From Myxococcota bacterium (GTDB taxonomy: Bacteria; Myxococcota_A; UBA9042; PHBI01; JAWLBL01), in contig JAWLBL010000013.1 in the NCBI GenBank assembly GCA_041687695.1, positions 38,275 to 102,274 of the forward strand: a stretch of 64,000 bases of DNA. The letters are read 5' to 3'. Under the pieces are notes generated by a model that did not search any database, was not told the origin of the DNA, and saw nothing but the letters and a program-made list of their open reading frames with translations. This document shows, in pieces, positions 7,761 through 16,009 of the stretch (position 1 is its first letter; each line of letters opens with the position of its first letter). Both the position numbers and the translations under genes were made by a program.

Positions 7761-10232
7761 TCACAGGCAGTGGTTCTTCGGCAGGCCCGAGGTGGCCTTC
7801 TCGAAGCAGCCCTTGGTGGTCTCGCCCCAGGCGTTGGTCGACTCGAGGCACTCGAAGGGCGCGTCGCAGTCGTCCGTGGTCTCGCAGGGCTCGACGCAGT
7901 TGAAGGCGGCGAGGTCGCCGGCGTCGAGGCCGAGGTTGACGCAGGCGAGGTCGCCCGGGCAGTAGGCGCCGAAGTCGCAGGGGGTGCACTCGGCGACCTG
8001 CGTGCAGACCGGGACGGCGCCGGTGTTGTCGGCGTAGATGCCCTTGCGGGGGCGCAGGACCAGGTCGTCACAGACCATGTTGGGCGAGCCCTCGGTCGCG
8101 CAGGTGTCGTTGTCGGGGTCGCACAGCGCCGAGCAGTAGCCCTGGCCGCCCGCGCCCTCGAGGCACAGGCCGCTCACGCACTCGAAGTCCTCGGCGTCCA
8201 GATCGCAGGCCTCGCCCAGCTGCTTGGTCGGGGTCGGCGCGTCGTCGGCCAGGATGTCGATGCAAAGGTAGTCGGTCTTGGACGGGTAGTCGGGGCCGAA
8301 GGCGACGACGTAGGGCTGGCAGGACTGGCCCTCGTCGCAGGTGAAGTCGTCCGAGCAGTCCTCGGCGCTGGAGCCCTGGGGGTTGGGCTGGCAGAGGCTG
8401 AGGTAGACGTTGATGGTCGGGTCCTCGAAGTCGCCGCCCCAGGCGTACAGCAGCGAGGTGCAGCGGCTGGTCAGGGTGACCGGCTGGTTGTCCACGGTGA
8501 TGTCGAGCGACGGGCACTCGGTCGCCGCCTCGCAGGTCTGGCTGCAGAAGCCGGGGGTGTTGGTCGCCGCGTCGGCGCCGAGGCACAGGCCCGCCTTGCA
8601 GTCCGCGCCGCTCATGCAGGACGCGCCGTACTCGCCGGCGCCGGCCTCGGCCGGGACGCACTTGCCGCGCAGGGTGTAGGGGCCGTCGGCGACCTGCGCG
8701 CCCTCGACGAGGTTCTCGACCTCGTAGACCTCGCAGGTGTAGCCCTCGCCACAGGAGACCTCGCTGAGGCAGTCCGTGGTCGCGCCCGGGTAGGTCGTGC
8801 ACCAGTTCAGGGGCAGCGACGCGTCGGGGTTCTCGTCCTCGTCCACGTCGAGGGTGAACTCGAACACCGTGCAGAGCTGGCCCTTGTCGGTCGCGCAGTC
8901 GGCGTCGGTCTTGCAGATGGCCGAGCAGAACCCGCCGATGCACATGTCCTCGTTGGCGCAGGTGTCGCCCGGGATGTTGTCGTTCGGGTTGGCGTCGCAG
9001 GGCTCGCCCAGCGCGGCGCCGCCCTCGACCTGCGGCAGGCAGATGTGCTGCCAGGCGTGGTCCGGGGGCTCCTCGCCGTTCCAGTTGAAGCGGCAGTAGG
9101 CGTCGCCGATGCAGTCGCCGTCGACCTCGCAGCTCTTGGGCCAGCAGAACTGGGCCTCGTAGGGGGAGTTGCTGAAGATGGTGCGCGGCTCGTCGCAGTA
9201 CATGCCGCTGCAGTCGAGGTCGGTCGTGCAGGCGACGTTCGGGGCCTTGCGGCAGGTGCCCGAGCCGGTGTCGCAGCCGTCGGTCGGGTCGCCGGCGGTC
9301 GTGTCGCAGTCGGCGTCCGACTTGCAGTAGCCGACGCAGCCGAGGCCGAAGCACAGACCGGACTCGCAGAAGGCGACGTCGCTCGTGCCGAACGGGTCCT
9401 CGTTGCAGATCTCGCCGAGGCTCGCCGTGCCACCCCACTCACCCGGCTTGACCTTGGTCAGGCACTTCTCGGTGATGGCGGTGCCGACCACGGCGAGGAA
9501 GCAGCCCTCGCCCTCGGGGCAGTCGGTGTCGGCCTTGCAGTTGCCGAAGAACTGGGTCGGCACGCAGAAGGCGCTGACGTTCTGGGCGTCGGGCTGCGAG
9601 AAGCTGGCGCAGACGTAGTCCGTGCCGCCGGGGCCGTCGGCGAAGTCACCGCAGTCGGTCAGCGGCGAGTCGGGGTCCTCGACGCCGTCCTTGCCGGCCG
9701 CGCCGGTCTTGTTGTTGACGGTGTCCTTGTAGATCTCGCAGGGCGTGGTGCACACCGGGTAGGTGATCCACGCGCCCTGGATGCCCGCGTTCAGACAGAA
9801 CTTCGACGCGCACTGGTCGTGCAGGCAGTTCGGGTAGTCCTCGTCGTCGGGCGTGCACTCGGCGTTGGCCCCGCAGAAGCTGCCGTTGGGCAGGCCGGGC
9901 GCCTCGCACTTGTGCGCGGCGTTGCACTGGGTGCCGGCCTGGCAGGTGCCGCAGTTCTTGCCGGTCGCGCTGGTGCCGCACTCCCAGGTCGCCGGGCAGT
10001 CGTTGGTCGTCGTGTCGGGGTCGACGGTCGTGTCGGGGTCGACGGTCGTGTCGGGATCGACGGTCGTGTCGGGCGTGCCGTCGTCCGACTCCGGGACGTC
10101 GCCCGTCGTGGTGTCGGTGTCGGTGACGTCCGGGGTGGGGCCGACGTTGCCGCCGCCGCTGTCGTCGCAGGCCGCGAGGGCGAACAGGCCCGCCACGACC
10201 AGCGACAGGGCATGGGTGCTCAGTAACCGCAT
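7761..10232 (-). CDS. large secreted Cys-rich lipoprotein
   Basis: 823 aa starting MRLLSTHALSLVVAGLFALAAC (lipobox). A Thr/Asp/Pro linker with (DPDTTV)x3 follows, then dozens of spaced Cys residues (CPATWECGTSATGKNCGTCQAGTQCNAAHKCE...). GC3-rich codon usage. A promoter and a terminator flank it. Confidence 0.8.
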   Translation of the reverse strand: MRLLSTHALSLVVAGLFALAACDDSGGGNVGPTPDVTDTDTTTGDVPESDDGTPDTTVDPDTTVDPDTTVDPDTTTNDCPATWECGTSATGKNCGTCQAGTQCNAAHKCEAPGLPNGSFCGANAECTPDDEDYPNCLHDQCASKFCLNAGIQGAWITYPVCTTPCEIYKDTVNNKTGAAGKDGVEDPDSPLTDCGDFADGPGGTDYVCASFSQPDAQNVSAFCVPTQFFGNCKADTDCPEGEGCFLAVVGTAITEKCLTKVKPGEWGGTASLGEICNEDPFGTSDVAFCESGLCFGLGCVGYCKSDADCDTTAGDPTDGCDTGSGTCRKAPNVACTTDLDCSGMYCDEPRTIFSNSPYEAQFCWPKSCEVDGDCIGDAYCRFNWNGEEPPDHAWQHICLPQVEGGAALGEPCDANPNDNIPGDTCANEDMCIGGFCSAICKTDADCATDKGQLCTVFEFTLDVDEDENPDASLPLNWCTTYPGATTDCLSEVSCGEGYTCEVYEVENLVEGAQVADGPYTLRGKCVPAEAGAGEYGASCMSGADCKAGLCLGADAATNTPGFCSQTCEAATECPSLDITVDNQPVTLTSRCTSLLYAWGGDFEDPTINVYLSLCQPNPQGSSAEDCSDDFTCDEGQSCQPYVVAFGPDYPSKTDYLCIDILADDAPTPTKQLGEACDLDAEDFECVSGLCLEGAGGQGYCSALCDPDNDTCATEGSPNMVCDDLVLRPRKGIYADNTGAVPVCTQVAECTPCDFGAYCPGDLACVNLGLDAGDLAAFNCVEPCETTDDCDAPFECLESTNAWGETTKGCFEKATSGLPKNHCL
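10010..10075 (-). repeat. 18-nt in-frame tandem repeat (about 3 copies) encoding DPDTTV
   Basis: The plus strand shows gtcgacggtcgtgtcggg repeated. The protein reads TTVDPDTTVDPDTTVDPDTTT. Confidence 0.85.
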
Positions 10233-10277
10233 CAGTCTCTCCTGGGAGGGCGCATCGCCGAAGCTCGCTGCCGGGAA

Positions 10278-10306
10278 CTACGCGAAACTTCTATGTTCTC
10301 GCGTAG
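10278..10306 (-). promoter_or_regulatory. 8-bp perfect inverted repeat in the predicted 5' leader of the 7761-10232 gene
   Basis: CTACGCGA-N13-TCGCGTAG, with an AT-richer spacer (aacttctatgttc). It lies between the predicted -10 element (10336-10341) and the ATG at 10232. Confidence 0.35.
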
Positions 10307-10335
10307 GGGGGTGCTCTGCACGAAAGCGGTCGCGG

Positions 10336-10364
10336 AGCATAGGAGGCCGCTTGCACGGTGTCAA
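10336..10364 (-). promoter_or_regulatory. putative sigma70-type promoter of the Cys-rich lipoprotein gene
   Basis: The minus strand reads TTGACA-N17-TATGCT, with a perfect -35 and a TAnnnT -10. It lies about 100 nt upstream of the ATG at 10232. Confidence 0.5.
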
Positions 10365-10526
10365 GGCGATCGGGCCGCGGGATTGCTTGCTCTGAGCCGC
10401 TCGGGACGGGGCGCGGAGGGGGGGCGGCGGGGCCGCGCTGCGTCGCACGCGGACGCGCTCGGGGCGGCCACGGGCGGGTTCGGTAACGAGAACCGCGACC
10501 AAAGGTGTCCCGGGTGTCGCCTGGCG

Positions 10527-10555
10527 TTGGCGCCGTGGGGGGCCTTTGGTACAGT
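10527..10555 (+). promoter_or_regulatory. putative promoter of the GltJ/AgmX-like gene
   Basis: TTGGCG-N17-TACAGT, about 35 nt upstream of the ATG at 10591. It overlaps the alternative TTG start at 10546, which argues against that start. Confidence 0.35.
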
Positions 10556-10590
10556 CCGTCCGCGGTGGGCAACCGGAACCGGGCGGCAAG

Positions 10591-13134
10591 ATGCTGTTTT
10601 CCTGCTCCAAGTGCGAGACGAAGTACAAGATCCCCGACGAGAAGGTGGCCGGCAAGGTCCTGAAGGTCCGGTGCAAGACCTGCGGGGCCGTGGTCGTCGT
10701 GCGGGACCCGCACGCGGCCGAGCGGGCGCGCCCGGAGACGGTCGGTGCGATGAGCGCCGTGTCCGAGGATCCTCAGTGGTACGTCGGGGTCGGCGGTGAG
10801 CAGAAGGGGCCGCTGACGACCGCGTTGGTGGCGCAGCTGATCGCCCAGGGGCACGTGACGGCGCAGACGTACGTGTGGCGCGCCGGCATGACCGATTGGG
10901 CGCTGGCGCCCGCCGTGCCTGGTCTTGCTCCGTTGTTCACGCGCGCGACGGCGGCGCCGAGCGAGGCCGAGGCGCGGGCGCGGCTGGAGGCGGAGGCGCG
11001 GGCGAAGGCCGAGGCGGAGGTGCGGGCGCGGCTGGAGGCGGAGGCGCGGGCGAAGGCCGAGGCCGAGGCGCGGGCGCGGCTGGAGGCCGAGGCGCGGGCG
11101 AAGGCCGAGGCGGAGGTGCGGGCGCGGCTGGAGGCGGAGGCGCGGGCGAAGGCCGAGGCCGAGGCGCGGGCGCGGCTGGAGGCCGAGGCGCGGGCGAAGG
11201 CCGAGGCCGAGGTGCAACGTCAAGCCGAGGCCGCGCGGGCACAGGTCGAAGCGCTTGCGAGGCGTCAAGCCGAGGCGGAGGCGCGGGCGAAGGCCGAGGC
11301 GGAGGCGCGTGCCGCTGCCGAGGCGCAGGCGCAGGCCGAGGCGGAGGCGCGTGCCGCTGCGGAAGCGCAGGCCAAGGCCGAGGTCGAGGCGCGTGCCGCT
11401 GCGGAAGCGCAGGCCAAGGCCGAGGTCGAGGCGCAGGAGAGGGCCGAGGCTGAGGCGCGTGCTGCCGCCGAGGCGGAGGCGCTGGCGAGGGCCGAGGCCC
11501 AAGCCAAGGCCGAGGCGCTGGCGCTGGCGCGGGCGAAGGTCGAGGCGGAGGCCCGGGCGAGGGCGGAAGCGCAGGCCAAGGCCGAGGCCGAGGAGCGAGC
11601 GCGGGTCGAGGCGGCAGAGCGCGCGCGCTCGGACGCCGAGGCGAAGCTCGAGGCCGAGCGCGGCCGTTCCGACGACGGGGCGATGATGGCGCCTCCGAGC
11701 GGCCCGCGACCGTCGCTGCCGCCGCTGCCGCCGCTGTCCGAGGTGCTCGGCGAGACGGCGCCCCCGACGCCGGAGCCGGCGCAGGCCAGCGGGCCGATCC
11801 CTGCGCCTCCCCTGCCTCCCTCGAGCGCCGCCGCGCCCGTCCAGGCGCCCTCCGCTGTGCCCGCGAGCGTGCCCGCGCCCCCGCGGCCGGCGCCGTCGGA
11901 CGCCGTGGCCCGCGCCGCCATGGACGCCAGCGCGGCGGTCCAGGTGGGGTCCGGCGCCCGTGGGGCCGCGCCCTCGGGGATCCCGGCGCCGCCCGCGGAC
12001 GACGCGACCGCCGAGCCTCCCGTGGCGCCCGTCGCTGCCGGCCAGGCGCCGTCCAAGCTGGCCGAGCTGGCGGCCGACGCGCCCGACGGCGCGCTCGTGA
12101 GCGACGTCATCCACGACGACTTCTTCAACAGCGCGCCGCCTCCGCCCGTCGGGGCGACCAGCGACATCTTCGCGCAGTTCGACGCTCCGCCGCAGGCGGC
12201 CTCCGCCGAGGACAAGGCCTACCTCAAGAAGGCGATGAAGGAGGCGACGGCCGCGCTCGACGGGCTCGAGATCGTCAACAAGCCGTCGGCCAACGAGATG
12301 CAGTCCCTGCGGGAGGAGTTCTCGGTCCTCGTGCGGCTCGACAAGCAGAAGAAGCGGCGGACCTGGCTGTTCCTGGTGGCGGCCCTGGTGCTCGTGTCGG
12401 CGGGCGTGGGCGGCTTCATCCTCTATCAGGAGCAGCGGGCCGCCCTGCGGGCGCGCAACCTCGAGGACTTCGCGACCTCGGGCGGATTCGCGCCCGCGAC
12501 CGCAGAGCGCGCCGTCTACGAGGCGCGGGTGGCCGAGCAGGAGGCGGCCTCGGACCGGCCCTTGACGGTGGCCGAGCGCCGGGCGCTCGCCGAGCGGATC
12601 AAGGCCGAGGCGGACGCGCGCAAGGCCGCGTCGCGGAAGACGGCGGCCGCGAGCAAGACGGGCGCGGGCGCGGCCACGTCGAAGGCCACGGCGAAGCTGA
12701 CGAACGAGGCGGTCCGCAAGGAGGACGAGAACGCGGCGCGCTACAAGAAGATGTCGGCGGCCGAGTTCGCGGCGCTCACGGCCGAGGACGGCAAGCGCGA
12801 GACCAAGATCGGCGGGGCCGACCCGCTGGCCGCGGCGGCCAAGGAGGCCGAGGCCGCGGCCGAGAAGAAGAAGGCGGCGATGGCGACCGAGCGCGCCACC
12901 GAGGTGGCCAAGGCGTTCGCGGCGAAGAAGCGGCAGCTCGCCGAGTGCAAGGACGCCACCGAAGAGAAGGTGAGGGTCCTGTTCACGGTGACGCCCGTGG
13001 GGCGCGTGGTCGAGGCCAGCGTCGAGGGGACGTCGAGCTCGCGCAAGGCCGATTGCGTCAAGAGCATCCTGGGACGCGCCCAGTTCCCGTCGGGCGACGG
13101 GACGGAGAAGTACGCGCAGACCCTGACGCTCTGA
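10591..13134 (+). CDS. GltJ/AgmX-like protein: MJ0042-type zinc ribbon, GYF_2 domain, long EARAK coiled-coil array, Pro-rich region, TM segment and an AgmX/PglI (TonB_C-like) C-terminal domain
   Basis: Zinc ribbon: [40 protein letters not shown]-like segment: [52 protein letters not shown] segment: [22 protein letters not shown]-terminus: [44 protein letters not shown]. Confidence 0.8.
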   Translation: MLFSCSKCETKYKIPDEKVAGKVLKVRCKTCGAVVVVRDPHAAERARPETVGAMSAVSEDPQWYVGVGGEQKGPLTTALVAQLIAQGHVTAQTYVWRAGMTDWALAPAVPGLAPLFTRATAAPSEAEARARLEAEARAKAEAEVRARLEAEARAKAEAEARARLEAEARAKAEAEVRARLEAEARAKAEAEARARLEAEARAKAEAEVQRQAEAARAQVEALARRQAEAEARAKAEAEARAAAEAQAQAEAEARAAAEAQAKAEVEARAAAEAQAKAEVEAQERAEAEARAAAEAEALARAEAQAKAEALALARAKVEAEARARAEAQAKAEAEERARVEAAERARSDAEAKLEAERGRSDDGAMMAPPSGPRPSLPPLPPLSEVLGETAPPTPEPAQASGPIPAPPLPPSSAAAPVQAPSAVPASVPAPPRPAPSDAVARAAMDASAAVQVGSGARGAAPSGIPAPPADDATAEPPVAPVAAGQAPSKLAELAADAPDGALVSDVIHDDFFNSAPPPPVGATSDIFAQFDAPPQAASAEDKAYLKKAMKEATAALDGLEIVNKPSANEMQSLREEFSVLVRLDKQKKRRTWLFLVAALVLVSAGVGGFILYQEQRAALRARNLEDFATSGGFAPATAERAVYEARVAEQEAASDRPLTVAERRALAERIKAEADARKAASRKTAAASKTGAGAATSKATAKLTNEAVRKEDENAARYKKMSAAEFAALTAEDGKRETKIGGADPLAAAAKEAEAAAEKKKAAMATERATEVAKAFAAKKRQLAECKDATEEKVRVLFTVTPVGRVVEASVEGTSSSRKADCVKSILGRAQFPSGDGTEKYAQTLTL
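10963..11665 (+). repeat. in-frame Glu/Ala/Arg/Lys repeat array; the 10969-11215 core is a near-perfect 60/120-nt tandem
   Basis: The unit gaggcgcgggcgcggctggaggc(g/c)gaggcgcgggcgaaggccgaggc(g/c)gaggtg is iterated. The protein reads [18 protein letters not shown]... and degenerates toward 11665. Confidence 0.9.
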
Positions 13135-13195
13135 ACGGGGCGGGGCGCCGCCGGCCCTGAGAGCCGGGGCCCGAGGCGCGGGGTGGCACCCGCCT

Positions 13196-13224
13196 TTGAA
13201 TAGCGCGCGGCGCCGTGCTATCCA
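13196..13224 (+). promoter_or_regulatory. putative promoter of the 13262 gene
   Basis: TTGAAT-N17-TATCCA, about 38 nt upstream of the ATG at 13262. Confidence 0.35.
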
Positions 13225-13261
13225 ACGGGCCTCCGCCACCGCAGACCAAAGGGGACAAGCT

Positions 13262-13867
13262 ATGAAGACCGCTCGCCTTTTCGCCGTCGTCGCCGCCGCG
13301 GCGCTCGTGACCCTCATGGCGTCGGGGGCGCTCGCGTCCGACCGCACGCGCCAGAAGATGGAGCTGGTCGGCTTCTCGGACGACGGCAAGGAGTTCGTCC
13401 TGAAGGTCACGGACGAGGAGCGCGGGACCTTCTTCCAGGTGCGGACGACCAAGAAGAACGAGATCGTGAAGGTCTATCCGTTCGCGGAGGGCGAGGACAA
13501 GAAGGTCTTCGCCAAGGTCAAGCGCGTCCACGAGGTCGGCGGCGAGCTGTCCGACTCGCCCGAGAACCCGAAGAAGGGCGTGACGCTGATGTCGGCCCAG
13601 AAGGAGGACAAGCTCTTCCTGTACGTGATGAAGGGCGACCGCATCGCCAAGTACGACGAGATCGCGCTCGAGAAGACCCGCAAGGGCGACCCCGCGAAGT
13701 CGAACGTCATGCAGATGGCGTGGGACCCCAAGGGCAAGTACGGGGTCGTCGTCTACCACCAGAAGCTGACTGATCTCGGCGAGTGGGAGGGCGACTTCGT
13801 CTACTCCTTCGTCTACCGGTCCTACAAGGTGAACTTCGGCGACGACTCGGGCGACGGGGACGAGTGA
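13262..13867 (+). CDS. secreted hypothetical protein (Lys/Glu-rich, acidic C-terminal tail)
   Basis: The internal ATG at 13262, preceded by aaagggga, gives the signal peptide MKTARLFAVVAAAALVTLMASGALA. No recognisable motif. GC3-rich codons. Confidence 0.65.
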   Translation: MKTARLFAVVAAAALVTLMASGALASDRTRQKMELVGFSDDGKEFVLKVTDEERGTFFQVRTTKKNEIVKVYPFAEGEDKKVFAKVKRVHEVGGELSDSPENPKKGVTLMSAQKEDKLFLYVMKGDRIAKYDEIALEKTRKGDPAKSNVMQMAWDPKGKYGVVVYHQKLTDLGEWEGDFVYSFVYRSYKVNFGDDSGDGDE

Positions 13868-14166
13868 TGGCGCGACGGGCGCCCCGACGCCGCGCGAGCG
13901 ACATCAGCCGGCGTCAGAAGCGGTCGCTTCAGCAGCTGCTGATGACCGCGCTGGCGCTGGCGATGCTGCTGCTGTTCTGGGGACAGCTCTCGCAGGGCGC
14001 CGCTGGGTGCTTCACGATGATGTCTGGGCCGCAGGAGCCTGGTGTCGCGCCAGGCGCGGCGCGTCCGACGGGCGACGCCGACGCCGTGGGTGACCAGCCC
14101 CGCCAGCCAGAAGACCAGCCGGCGCCCGCCATCCGCGTTCAGGTGCCCGACGCCTCGTCGCGCTGA
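13867..14166 (+). CDS. small single-pass membrane protein (hypothetical)
   Basis: The ATG at 13867 shares one nt with the upstream TGA (sequence TGATG). The protein has a basic N-terminus followed by a TM segment (LLMTALALAMLLLFWG). GC3-rich codons. No homology was recognised. Confidence 0.45.
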   Translation: MARRAPRRRASDISRRQKRSLQQLLMTALALAMLLLFWGQLSQGAAGCFTMMSGPQEPGVAPGAARPTGDADAVGDQPRQPEDQPAPAIRVQVPDASSR

Positions 14167-14240
14167 GGCGACCGACGCCTGGTCGCGCTGAGGCGCGTGG
14201 TGGCCGCTCGTCGTGACGCGGCGTGCGTGTGAGGGCGTCG

Positions 14241-14266
14241 CGCGTCATGACGCGCGTCATGACGCG
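14241..14266. promoter_or_regulatory. 26-bp perfect palindrome (two overlapping CGCGTCATGACGCG units); candidate operator
   Basis: cgcgtcatgacgcgcgtcatgacgcg equals its own reverse complement. Further GCGTCAT/ATGACGC half-sites lie at 14293-14299 and 14314-14320. Near-matches lie at 14212-14218 and 14284-14290. Confidence 0.5.
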
Positions 14267-14283
14267 CCGTGTCACGAATTCCG

Positions 14284-14312
14284 TTGACGCGCATGACGCG
14301 CCGCGTTAGCTA
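14284..14312 (+). promoter_or_regulatory. putative promoter of the phasin-like gene
   Basis: TTGACG-N17-TAGCTA, about 78 nt upstream of the ATG at 14390. Its spacer and flanks carry the ATGACGC half-sites. Confidence 0.35.
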
Positions 14313-14389
14313 TGCGTCATACGCGACAATCAGCAGCCCCCGAGCCCGCGCCCAACACGGCGTCGGCCAGCGGGCGCGGAGGAACGACG

Positions 14390-14884
14390 ATGACGGCGAA
14401 CGTTGAGACGGCGGCCCCAGCGGGCAAGAAGCACTGGACGGCCGAGACGCTCGGGCAGGTCCAGACGCAGGTCGAGAAGGTCTGGGCCGACACCCTGACG
14501 CAGATGCAGGCGGTGGTGCCGAGGGTGCAGGGCGCCGAGAAGGAAGTGCGCGAGCTGGTCCGGCGCCTCGAGGCGGACGGCCGCAAGCACCTCGAGACCC
14601 TGCGCGAGCAGCTCAAGGACGGCGTGATCGGCCGACTCAAGGGCCAGGACCTGCTCGAGCAGGGCAAGGGCCTGTTCGACCAGGGCGCCAAGCTCGGCGA
14701 GGAGGCCATCGAGAAGCTCGGCCTCGTCACCAGCGGTGACCTGACCGGGATCAAGGACGAGCTGGACAAGCTCGCCAAGAAGCTCGAGACCGTGCGCAAG
14801 AAGGTGAACGTGGTCGCGAGCAAGAAGGACGTCGAGGAGCTCGACAAGCGCCTCGCGGCCCTCGAGGCGAAGGTCCAGCAGTAG
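14390..14884 (+). CDS. phasin-family (PHA granule-associated) coiled-coil protein
   Basis: The ATG at 14390 lies 6 nt after GGAGGAA. The protein is all-helical and charged, with the phasin-like C-terminal pattern LGLVTSGDLTGIKDELDKLAKKLETV...SKKDVEELDKRLAALEAKV. Confidence 0.65.
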   Translation: MTANVETAAPAGKKHWTAETLGQVQTQVEKVWADTLTQMQAVVPRVQGAEKEVRELVRRLEADGRKHLETLREQLKDGVIGRLKGQDLLEQGKGLFDQGAKLGEEAIEKLGLVTSGDLTGIKDELDKLAKKLETVRKKVNVVASKKDVEELDKRLAALEAKVQQ

Positions 14885-14949
14885 GACCGCGCGACGGTCG
14901 CGGGCGGCCGCGGCACGGACTGCGGCGAGCGCGGTCGAGGAGGCGTCAC

Positions 14950-14994
14950 CTCTCCCGTCGGGGGAGGGCGGCGCCTCTTCGCGTTTCGAAGGGG
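14950..14994. terminator. two short GC-rich hairpins in the convergent gap (possible bidirectional terminator)
   Basis: The first hairpin is cctctcc(c)/ggggagg around a 5-nt loop at 14950-14968. The second is cctcttcg/cgaagggg around a 5-nt loop at 14974-14994. Neither is followed by a clear U-tract. Confidence 0.3.
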
Positions 14995-15004
14995 GCGCAG
15001 CGCG

Positions 15005-15280
15005 TCAGGGGAAGGGGAACAGGCTCTCGACGACGAAGACCGGGTACTGCGCCAGCTCGTTGAAGACGAGCACGCTGACGATGAAGGTCGCCGAGAAGCA
15101 GAGCAGGAAGGCGGCGGCCAGCTCGACCCAGCGTCGGGTGCGCACGGCGAGGGCGCAGACGCCCGCTGCGGTCAGCATGGAGACGAGGACGACCAGGACC
15201 AGCAGGCGCACGTCGATGGCGACCCAGGCCGCGTACTGCCAGGTGGTGGTCTGTTCGGCCGCGAGGAGGATGGGCGCCAT
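15005..15280 (-). CDS. small polytopic membrane protein (91 aa, hypothetical)
   Basis: The ATG at 15280 overlaps the CPBP gene's stop by 1 nt (TGATG). Three hydrophobic segments are present: WVAIDVRLLVLVVLVSMLTAAGVCALAV, LAAAFLLCFSATFIVSVLVF and a third. Confidence 0.6.
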   Translation of the reverse strand: MAPILLAAEQTTTWQYAAWVAIDVRLLVLVVLVSMLTAAGVCALAVRTRRWVELAAAFLLCFSATFIVSVLVFNELAQYPVFVVESLFPFP

Positions 15281-15873
15281 CAGTCTCGAGTGGGGGCCTG
15301 CTCGGCCGCGAGGACGTGCAGGTTGAAGTAGTTCACGGTGAGGTGACAGAGGATCGGCGCGAGCAGATTCCCGGTCGTCAGAGCCAGCCACCCGAGCAGC
15401 GCGCCCGCGGCGGTGGCGAACAGGGCCCAGGCGCGCAGGCGCCGCTGGGTGCCGCCGTGCAACAGGCCGAAGACGATGACGGTGGGCCAGAAGCCGATGA
15501 GGGGCTGCAGGCCGCCCCGGAAGAGGACCTCCTCGCCCACGGCGCTGGTCACGGCGAGGGCGGCGATGGCGCCGGTGCCTGGCGTGCCGAGCAGGCCTCC
15601 GAGCTCGTGATTGAGCCGCTTGACGGGGCCGAGGTTCCGGGTGAGCCAGGTGAGGAGGACGACGCCCAGGCCCGTCCCAGCGCCGAGGAGCGTGTCGTGG
15701 ACCAGTCGCTCGCCGTCGCCGAAGATGGCGCGGGTCGGCGAGAGGTCCTGCCACGCCATCAGCCCCAGCCCGACGCCCGTGAAGACCGCGTACAGGACGG
15801 TCGACATCCCGACGAGGGCGCGCGGGTCGACCTGTTCGTCCTGGGGATCGTGGGGGGCCGTCGGGTCGCTCAT
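15280..15873 (-). CDS. CPBP (CAAX/Abi) family intramembrane metalloprotease
   Basis: The internal ATG at 15873 gives a 197-aa protein carrying the CPBP motifs AVGEEVLFRGG, FGLLHG and CHLTVN. The 435-aa track ORF is an upstream over-extension. Confidence 0.8.
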   Translation of the reverse strand: MSDPTAPHDPQDEQVDPRALVGMSTVLYAVFTGVGLGLMAWQDLSPTRAIFGDGERLVHDTLLGAGTGLGVVLLTWLTRNLGPVKRLNHELGGLLGTPGTGAIAALAVTSAVGEEVLFRGGLQPLIGFWPTVIVFGLLHGGTQRRLRAWALFATAAGALLGWLALTTGNLLAPILCHLTVNYFNLHVLAAEQAPTRD

Positions 15874-16009
15874 CTCCCGCAGCGGATTACCACAGCCGGG
15901 GGGGACGCCGCCACGATGGCGACCGCTCGACGGCGCGCGGGAGGCCGGGCGGTGACGCACGGGGTCAAATTTTGGACCGCCCCCGGGGCGGCGGGTAGAA
16001 CGCGCACTG

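Noticed and set aside
7665-10226. 853-aa plus-strand ORF opposite the Cys-rich lipoprotein
   Set aside because: It is a low-complexity Gly/Ala/Val/Arg translation antisense to a gene that has a lipobox, a promoter and a terminator. This is the typical GC-rich mirror ORF.
10291-13452. 1053-aa minus-strand ORF opposite the GltJ/AgmX-like gene
   Set aside because: Its Arg/Leu/Gly/Pro repeats are simply the reverse-frame image of the EARAK repeat. It has no motifs, and the plus-strand gene carries recognisable zinc-ribbon, GYF and C-terminal domains.
14012-14275. 87-aa minus-strand ORF starting MTRRVMTRVMTR
   Set aside because: The repeated MTR peptide is produced by the palindromic GCGTCATGACGC operator-like array. 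The rest is Arg/Pro-rich noise in an intergenic region.
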